Origin: an uncultured Clostridia bacterium | Lineage (GTDB): Bacteria; Bacillota; Clostridia; Oscillospirales; CAG-272 | NCBI GenBank assembly: GCA_947627475.1 | Contig: CANQWE010000001.1 | Coordinates: 7,069-71,068, forward strand | Length of the DNA: 64,000 nucleotides | Direction: 5' to 3' | Part shown: in pieces, positions 51,591 through 57,836 of the stretch | How positions within the stretch are numbered: the first letter of the stretch is position 1 | Layout: the number at the start of each line of letters is the position of its first letter | The notes under the pieces: model-generated | What the model was told of the DNA's origin: nothing | Database searches by the model: none | The model's input: only the letters and a program-made list of their open reading frames with translations | Position numbers and translations under genes: made by a program

Positions 51591-51611
51591 AAGCCCTCCC
51601 TTTCTGTACAT

Positions 51612-53420
51612 TTAATCACAGAAAAAGTTGATACAATCTTCAAAAAGGCGCCGGTCATCGTCATCATTGCCCAAAATATAAGCTGGCTTTCCGGTCGCTC
51701 CGGTAACCGTCTTACAAAACCTTTTCAGATCGGATGCGGGTATTTCTTTTTTTACCATGCTCATCGCGCTCCATTCATTTGGAAATCCTATCGGAAACAC
51801 TTCGAATGCAATAACATGGCAATCTGCCAGGGATTCCACAAAAGCGGCCGATCTTTTGATCATATCTATAGAATCGTGGGGATTGATGCAAAGTATTGCC
51901 GCGTCAGGATTTGCTCCAAGCAAAAACTCCGTGGAAGCGATGTTATAGGTAGACAAATTGTCAAAGGAAAGGGTAGCGACGCCGGATTGCGCACCTGCCA
52001 AAATGATATCCGGTTCTTGGATATCCAGCTGATGCATCAAATAATTTACGTGTTCAATGCCAAAATGTCCACTTATATCCACCGTTCCGTCATAGCCGTA
52101 TGGATAAACGGCCTCCATGCCGAAAAGGCCGCCTTCCGGCTCACTGGACAGTTGACCAATTTCGTAACCGTTTTCCAAAAATAATTCTCTCAGTTTCAGC
52201 TGTAAGGAAAACTTCCCCTGTTGGCTGGAGGTTCCTACAACAGCCAGTACTGGAGAAAACACCTCATATAATTTCCCAAATTTATTAGAGGACTGTTGGG
52301 TTCGGTTTATAACGGGAACATAAATTTTCTTTTTCCTTTCAGCAGATAATGCACTTACATAATCGGTATCAAAGGATACAATGTTGATATTGTTTTTTAT
52401 ACATGCATCTATTATCCTCTGCTTATAATCAACAAAAACCTTTATAGACAATTCATTTACATGTCCGATAATAAAAGTGTCTATTCCCTCCAAATCGATA
52501 TTTTCAATATTTTCAATCGTACAGCACAGATCCCTGCGACTGTTAAATACCGTCTTTCCCACATGTCCAGAGAATCTGCTGTCATAAAGCCGTTCAATCG
52601 TAAACGGCAGCAAATGCGCAAATCGAATCAGGCTTTGCGTTTCTTTGTTGTAAGGAAAAACGGCGGCCATACGGATGTCAAACAGATCTGTTTTATATTC
52701 CGGACTTTTGTCATTAAAAGATACAACCTTGCTTGCATTTTCTTTTAATACCGGCAAAATGTTTTTATAATCTACTCCATGATCAAGCAACGTGCAGATT
52801 TTTGCTGTCAAAACAGGCGCCACAAAACTGTTTCCCCTCACTATAGCATACTCTGGACCCGTCCAGGCTACTCTTTGAGGAGATGCCATCATTCCAATAT
52901 TTATTAGGCTATTTTCCACATAGATATATTCCTGAAAGCTATTTAGCTGCATTGTAGAATCAACGCCGATTACACAAGGATAAGCAGCAGGATAAGAAAT
53001 GGCTCCCATATTGCAAAACGCTGAAACGATCATGACTCCGCTACGGTAAAGCTGATCGCATATTTCCTCAAGTTCAGGCAAATGCTTTCGAATGCCGGCG
53101 CTAATATTTATAATCTGACAAGCGAGCGAATCATTGTGGGTATAAATATATCGCAGCGCGTCAATCAACACCTCCGGTTCAGCCTCCTCATTGCTCCCTT
53201 CTATAATTTTGAAAGAGGTGATTTTAACATTTTTTTCATTTTTATATAAAACATGAGCAACAGCTGTTCCGTGACCATTTTGTATATTGTTCTGCCGCGT
53301 TACCTGCCAGCCTGTGCCATCATCAAGATAGGAATATTCCGTTATATCTGCATTGGATAGCCCTTTATGCTGCGTATCTACACCTGAATCCAGGATTGCC
53401 ACATGAACGATATTTTTCAT
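51612..53420 (-). CDS. Cytoplasmic S8 subtilisin-like peptidase fused to a C-terminal P-loop (DUF1611-like / 'peptide maturation system' type) domain
   Basis: VAILDSGVD (Asp), NGHGTAVAHV (His), NISAG (oxyanion Asn), GNSFVAPVLTA (Ser). No signal peptide. The C-terminal half has VLAVVGTSSQQGKFSLQLKL, which is P-loop-like. Confidence 0.7.
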   Translation of the reverse strand: MKNIVHVAILDSGVDTQHKGLSNADITEYSYLDDGTGWQVTRQNNIQNGHGTAVAHVLYKNEKNVKITSFKIIEGSNEEAEPEVLIDALRYIYTHNDSLACQIINISAGIRKHLPELEEICDQLYRSGVMIVSAFCNMGAISYPAAYPCVIGVDSTMQLNSFQEYIYVENSLINIGMMASPQRVAWTGPEYAIVRGNSFVAPVLTAKICTLLDHGVDYKNILPVLKENASKVVSFNDKSPEYKTDLFDIRMAAVFPYNKETQSLIRFAHLLPFTIERLYDSRFSGHVGKTVFNSRRDLCCTIENIENIDLEGIDTFIIGHVNELSIKVFVDYKQRIIDACIKNNINIVSFDTDYVSALSAERKKKIYVPVINRTQQSSNKFGKLYEVFSPVLAVVGTSSQQGKFSLQLKLRELFLENGYEIGQLSSEPEGGLFGMEAVYPYGYDGTVDISGHFGIEHVNYLMHQLDIQEPDIILAGAQSGVATLSFDNLSTYNIASTEFLLGANPDAAILCINPHDSIDMIKRSAAFVESLADCHVIAFEVFPIGFPNEWSAMSMVKKEIPASDLKRFCKTVTGATGKPAYILGNDDDDRRLFEDCINFFCD

Positions 53421-53448
53421 AAAGCTTGCCTCTTTAATTGTTTGTATG

Positions 53449-53493
53449 TTTTTTTGAACAGTGAAAGGATTCCCCTTTCACTGTTCAAAAAAA
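53449..53493 (-). promoter_or_regulatory. Perfect 20-bp stem-loop immediately downstream of the candidate precursor ORF (partial terminator / mRNA stabiliser)
   Basis: tttttttgaacagtgaaagg-attcc-cctttcactgttcaaaaaaa. It begins 3 nt after the precursor stop codon. There is no 3' U-tract on the operon strand. Confidence 0.6.
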
Positions 53494-53495
53494 CA

Positions 53496-53606
53496 TTACC
53501 ACTTAAGCCCGCACATAGCGAAACTTGCTATACCTGAACAAGATTCAAAGCTGTAGGTCATTACCTTTACACGCTTGGCGCATGGCTTTCTAAGCTGCTT
53601 TTTCAT
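53496..53606 (-). CDS. Candidate RiPP precursor peptide (36 aa): MKKQLRKPCAKRVKVMTYSFESCSGIASFAMCGLKW
   Basis: Near-perfect SD AAGGAGGTGA 7 nt before ATG 53606. It has 3 Cys and a basic N-terminus, sits between the ACP-like and protease genes, and has hairpins on both sides. The same frame is open up to ATG 53744 (82 aa, ATGA overlap with the upstream gene), so the start is ambiguous. Confidence 0.55.
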   Translation of the reverse strand: MKKQLRKPCAKRVKVMTYSFESCSGIASFAMCGLKW

Positions 53607-53740
53607 GATTTCACCTCCTTTTATGTAATTATAAGAAGGGTGCAATGCCGCTGCATAGCCATTTAAATGGAGTACGAACGCATACGCAGCCCCTTCAAAT
53701 GGCCTTGCGGCATTTTCCCCGTCTTTACACAGCAAAGCGA

Positions 53741-53986
53741 TCATTCCTTCTTCAGCATCTCAACTACATCGCACACATTGCCGATGTTGCGCATCCTCCC
53801 CTGCAGTAAATATTCATCTGGGATTTCGATATCAAATGTGCTTTCAACTTCGACGATAAAGGAAATATACGTGATGGAATTATCCAAGTAGTCAAGAATA
53901 TCCACCGTATCGTCATCGTCTACAACAAAGCCCAGACTATTAAAGCATTCGATTACCTTTTTTCGTGTATCTTCCACCTGTTTCAC
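53741..53986 (-). CDS. Acyl-carrier-protein-related small protein (81 aa)
   Basis: LDYLDNSITYISFIVEVESTFDIEIPDEYL aligns by eye with the ACP helix II region ([25 protein letters not shown]). Ser is retained but preceded by Asn. The start abuts the stop of the SPASM gene. Confidence 0.6.
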   Translation of the reverse strand: MKQVEDTRKKVIECFNSLGFVVDDDDTVDILDYLDNSITYISFIVEVESTFDIEIPDEYLLQGRMRNIGNVCDVVEMLKKE

Positions 53987-55306
53987 CTACAATTCTATAA
54001 AACTATCTTTATTCATTTTATATAGAACTTTTAACACATCATTTAAATATGCATATTCACGACCGCAATTCAACTGCGCCGGATCCATGGGATTTTTATT
54101 GAAAAACAAGAGATTGCGTACACAGCTTTTTCCCTTGCAGATAGAATAGTCGGTACAACTTTTGCATCCCTCAATTGCCTTCGCGGACAAGGAATACCAG
54201 TAAGCGGCCTTGTACTCATCTATTTCCAGCTTTCCATTTATTAGTTTACCGATAGGATATTCCTGCAGCTGGGGACACAAAAATACATCTCCCAGAGTGT
54301 TTACCGTATATGTGTTTTTTTGTGCATATGAGCAAATTGCGTGAGACAGCTGTCCTTGCAAGGCACTCATATTCAGCTGCCAGTCTCCTTCTGCTAATGT
54401 CGCATAGACGTCTGACATAGAATCGATTAGCTTTCCACGCATTGCATTTATGCGGTCGCCTCCCCAATCGTAAACCGGACTGAATAGATAGGTAAAGCGG
54501 TTGTCTTTTCCAAACTCCTCCTGCACAAACGACAAATAGTCATGTAAGTTCTCTAAGACATCTGTCGTTATATTGGTCCGCAGTACGATGCGAAATTGCT
54601 GAGATTTTACATGATCACGGATACAGCGCAGATTTTCAATGATTTTATGGAATGTTCCCCCACCGTTTTTCAGCGGCCTGCTAACGTTATGCGTTTTTGC
54701 AGTTCCGTCAATCGTTATAATATACTCAAAAACTCTATACCGCAAAAGCCTTTTAAATGTTTCGTAGTCCAGCAGATAACCGTTTGTGGTAATAGAGGCA
54801 GAATACCGCCTCGATGTTTTTCTGCAGATATCGATAAATGCCTCAGATAAGGTATACAACGAATCCCTTGCTAAAAGAGGCTCTCCCCCAAACCAGGCAA
54901 CATTCATTTCGGTATATTGGCCGATGTTCCTTTTGGCATACGTAATGAGGTCCTGTATAACACTTTCTTTTATATGGGATCTTTGAAAGTCGTCAAAACA
55001 ATACTGACAACCAAAATTGCAGCTTTCTGACGTCAATATTGTAAAATGCAGCGAACTGCTATTGATGATTTTTTCATGTAAATCATCCCCTTGTATGCTT
55101 TCGTCTATAGAAGCGGGCACTACAAATCCATGGTCCCTTAACCTGCCCATCATTTTTTCCGGAACTGTATCAATACTAAGCGGTAAATTGCGAAGGGATA
55201 TTGGCTGCAAATATCCCATTGTATTTCGCAGCTTATTATAAAGCAAAAGCGTTTCCGTTTTGTCTATGTATGTGTAGTGATTAAACTTTGAAAACTTCAA
55301 TTCCAT
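53987..55306 (-). CDS. Radical SAM / SPASM-domain peptide maturase
   Basis: SESCNFGCQYCF (CX3CX2C). The C-terminus has CSYAQKNTYTVNTLGDVFLC (CX13GX4C), CKSCTDYSICKGKSC and a further Cys, consistent with auxiliary Fe-S clusters. Confidence 0.85.
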   Translation of the reverse strand: MELKFSKFNHYTYIDKTETLLLYNKLRNTMGYLQPISLRNLPLSIDTVPEKMMGRLRDHGFVVPASIDESIQGDDLHEKIINSSSLHFTILTSESCNFGCQYCFDDFQRSHIKESVIQDLITYAKRNIGQYTEMNVAWFGGEPLLARDSLYTLSEAFIDICRKTSRRYSASITTNGYLLDYETFKRLLRYRVFEYIITIDGTAKTHNVSRPLKNGGGTFHKIIENLRCIRDHVKSQQFRIVLRTNITTDVLENLHDYLSFVQEEFGKDNRFTYLFSPVYDWGGDRINAMRGKLIDSMSDVYATLAEGDWQLNMSALQGQLSHAICSYAQKNTYTVNTLGDVFLCPQLQEYPIGKLINGKLEIDEYKAAYWYSLSAKAIEGCKSCTDYSICKGKSCVRNLLFFNKNPMDPAQLNCGREYAYLNDVLKVLYKMNKDSFIEL

Positions 55307-55307
55307 T

Positions 55308-56849
55308 TTATCGCCTGCCCGTTTTATTTGCCAAATACTGCAAATATCTTTTATCCTTGGACAATTTCCTCATGACAACCTGTATATCGCTGTAACACTT
55401 TCGGATAAGTGGATTATATTTCTTCATTATTTTATGTACGTCGGTTTCTGTAAAAATCAGTTCAAAAAACATTTCAAATTTTATATCGCGTAAATCTTTT
55501 ATAATGGGCCGGGTTGCTTTCTGAAAGTTGTGGACCGCCCCCTCGTCATACACATTCATTACACTCAAAAAACAAGATCGAAAATCAAGATATATTGCTT
55601 CTTCCGTGTAATACTGGGATAACCGGTTTGCCGCGCCAAGTCTTTCAGCAATATGACCAGCATCCGGATGCAAATAATTGTAGTCAAAGGTGTTCAGGTA
55701 AGAAAAGGTATCCTTTAGCAGTCCCATGTTTTCTGTTCTGGTATACATTTCGGAGCCATAATTGACTGAAAGCCGTGTATTAAAATGGTAATCGTAGAAG
55801 AAACCATACTTTTTTGAAAATGTATAATTTGTTTGAATGGATTCTACCGTGCTAAGCGGATTCAAGTTTATAAATCCACAATCGATATAAAAATCATTCT
55901 TTAAAAGCAGTTCTAAAGTCGCAATATTCTCATCCTTTGAAACACGTTTGTTATAATAAATCAAATCATTGTCATCAAAAGACTCGATTCCCAGCAGTAC
56001 AAATAAAAATCCCGATTCTTTCATTTTTTTGAGCAAGGGCTGATCTTTCTCCGTAAAGCCTTTTACTCTCGTATTAAAATTTATCGTAAATTTTTGTGGA
56101 TACTGTAATAATAAATCACAAAACGCATCGATTCGTTGTTTCCCGATAGTACCTGGGCTTTCAAATGCACTATCATTTATTAGGAAAGCAATAATTCCAT
56201 ATCGTTCATACGTATGGACTATTTCTTCAAAAACATCTTGTATATTTCTCCCACGCCATACGATCCTCTTTTTGTTCAGACAATAATTTTGGGTACAAAA
56301 ATGGCACCGGCCTATACAGCCCCGCGCTGCTTCTATTTTAACAATTGGCAGATTTTTGAGGTATTTGTCTTGCAGCAATACATGATCCACCACATGGTAA
56401 TGTTTCATGTTGAAAACATATTGCTTTTTTAGGGACAAATCATCGCCATTTCTGTATATATAATTTCCATTTTCTATACCACCTAAATAATCTATGATTG
56501 GTATTTCATAATCCCCCAAAACAATAAAATCGATTTCCGGACAATCTTCCAATATTTTTTCTGCACACAATGTTGCAAAAGAACCTACGAGAAAAACTTT
56601 GATTTTTTTCTCAATATTTTTGATTTTTCTTACCAGTGAATAGATAAACGGAACGGTCGCTGCGTCAGAATTAAAACATAAATGGGAATACTTGCAGAAA
56701 TCTTCAATAGCAATGCTGCCTTCATGGTCAAATGCTGCGTTCAGAGACACAATATGAACAGTACATATTTCTGTCAACATGGAATACAAATGCTCCAGAT
56801 GAACATCCTCTTTTATAACTTTGTTATAAACGTTTGCCAATAATACCAT
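55308..56849 (-). CDS. B12-binding-domain radical SAM enzyme (class B, methyltransferase-like)
   Basis: The N-terminal Rossmann-like segment KVFLVGSFATLCAEKILEDCPEIDFIVLGDYEIPIIDYL, then EAARGCIGRCHFCTQ (CX3CX2C). Confidence 0.8.
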   Translation of the reverse strand: MVLLANVYNKVIKEDVHLEHLYSMLTEICTVHIVSLNAAFDHEGSIAIEDFCKYSHLCFNSDAATVPFIYSLVRKIKNIEKKIKVFLVGSFATLCAEKILEDCPEIDFIVLGDYEIPIIDYLGGIENGNYIYRNGDDLSLKKQYVFNMKHYHVVDHVLLQDKYLKNLPIVKIEAARGCIGRCHFCTQNYCLNKKRIVWRGRNIQDVFEEIVHTYERYGIIAFLINDSAFESPGTIGKQRIDAFCDLLLQYPQKFTINFNTRVKGFTEKDQPLLKKMKESGFLFVLLGIESFDDNDLIYYNKRVSKDENIATLELLLKNDFYIDCGFINLNPLSTVESIQTNYTFSKKYGFFYDYHFNTRLSVNYGSEMYTRTENMGLLKDTFSYLNTFDYNYLHPDAGHIAERLGAANRLSQYYTEEAIYLDFRSCFLSVMNVYDEGAVHNFQKATRPIIKDLRDIKFEMFFELIFTETDVHKIMKKYNPLIRKCYSDIQVVMRKLSKDKRYLQYLANKTGRR

Positions 56850-57102
56850 TCCTGTACATCACTTTCTGAATGTATTTTTTAAATAGTCCATTGCAAGCAC
56901 GTTTATGACTATATCTGTCCTTTATCTACAAAAAGCAAATATGTTCGTAAGTCAACAGCCCATACCGCCGCAGCAGATATACACATTACAAAACATGTGG
57001 AAGGGGGGCATACTGAACATACGTTTGCAAAGAACCGCTGGATTTCAAGATACCGAAAAATGACGTCTTAGATAAATTTTATAAGAATTATAACTTTGTT
57101 TT

Positions 57103-57131
57103 ATTTTAACATTCTCTGTTTTAATTGTCAA
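57103..57131 (-). promoter_or_regulatory. Sigma-A type promoter of the peptide-maturation operon
   Basis: Minus strand TTGACA (57131-57126), 17 nt, TAAAAT (57108-57103). It lies ~250 nt upstream of the first gene. Confidence 0.5.
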
Positions 57132-57610
57132 TATATTCCATAAAAAAAGTTTAACGCTGTTATAAATTTAGAAAAAATGATGAAAAAAAAAAACATAATG
57201 TAAATATTTTATATTCCATCTATTAACTGATGCAGGAGCGGAGACGTAAATATTTACAAATTCGCTGTCTGTGGTGCTGTAAAATTACACTTGAAAATGA
57301 AAAACTGTTGAAAGCCTTTGTATGATAAGCACCTGCAAATGGTTTAAATCCAGTCGCTTCTATTCCGGGCAGAGCATGGATCCAAGCGCTTCGGAGTTTT
57401 TTAAGACATCCGCCTCTTCGGACAGACTGCTTATGCGTTGAACATATGCAAACATGCAACAGAACAGATGCGGTAGGACAGTGCTTCCCGGATGGAACAA
57501 TTGATTCAGCGAATCATCAGCTGACGGAAAAGAGGCCCTGTGGCCTCTTTTCCTAAGTTTCTGATTCTGAAAAGGGTAAAAAAGAGTAAAAGGCCATTTT
57601 TGCAAAATAA

Positions 57611-57640
57611 AAAGTCCTGTAAACACTAAGTTTACAGGAC
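57611..57640 (-). terminator. Intrinsic terminator after tRNA-Trp
   Basis: Minus strand gtcctgtaaac-ttag-tgtttacaggac followed by TTTTTATTTT. Confidence 0.8.
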
Positions 57641-57647
57641 TTCCATC

Positions 57648-57723
57648 TGGCAGGGGCACAAAGACTCGAACTCTGGACACGTGGTTTTGGAGACCACTGC
57701 TCTACCAACTGAGCTATACCCCT
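57648..57723 (-). tRNA. tRNA-Trp (anticodon CCA), CCA end encoded
   Basis: Minus strand AGGGGTATAGCTCAGTTGGTAGAGCAGTGGTCTCCAAAACCACGTGTCCAGAGTTCGAGTCTTTGTGCCCCTGCCA. Cloverleaf folded by hand: 7-bp acceptor, D arm GCTC/GAGC, anticodon stem GTGGT/ACCAC with loop CTCCAAA, T arm CAGAG/CTTTG with TTCGAGT. Confidence 0.95.
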
Positions 57724-57755
57724 ATATAAATTATCGCATACCGATAACGGTATGT

Positions 57756-57784
57756 ATTTTAGCATAAATCTGCGCGCTTTGCAA
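57756..57784 (-). promoter_or_regulatory. Sigma-A type promoter of tRNA-Trp
   Basis: Minus strand TTGCAA (57784-57779), 17 nt, TAAAAT (57761-57756). Confidence 0.5.
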
Positions 57785-57836
57785 TAGCTTTTGCAAATTT
57801 TTTTACAGGAGCCCTGGAAAAGGACTCCTGTGTGAT

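Larger units (their letters stand above)
43970..57640. other. AT-rich genomic island carrying the peptide-maturation operon, abutting the 3' side of tRNA-Trp
   Basis: Base composition drops abruptly (visibly AT-rich codons: AAA/AAT/ATA/TTT) relative to both flanks. The right edge is the tRNA-Trp terminator and the left edge is the nadE terminator. No integrase or transposase ORF was recognised. Confidence 0.6.

Noticed and set aside
53607-53625. IKGG in the 82-aa reading of the precursor ORF as a double-glycine leader cleavage site.
   Set aside because: The GG codons are simply the AAGGAGGT Shine-Dalgarno of the internal start. Both ABC exporters are ~600 aa and lack the N-terminal C39 peptidase domain needed for GG-leader processing.
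57223-57680. ORFs 57223-57459 and 57360-57680 between the island and the tRNA.
   Set aside because: The second runs through the tRNA-Trp gene and its terminator. Neither has an SD or any motif, and I could not recognise integrase or recombinase remnants.
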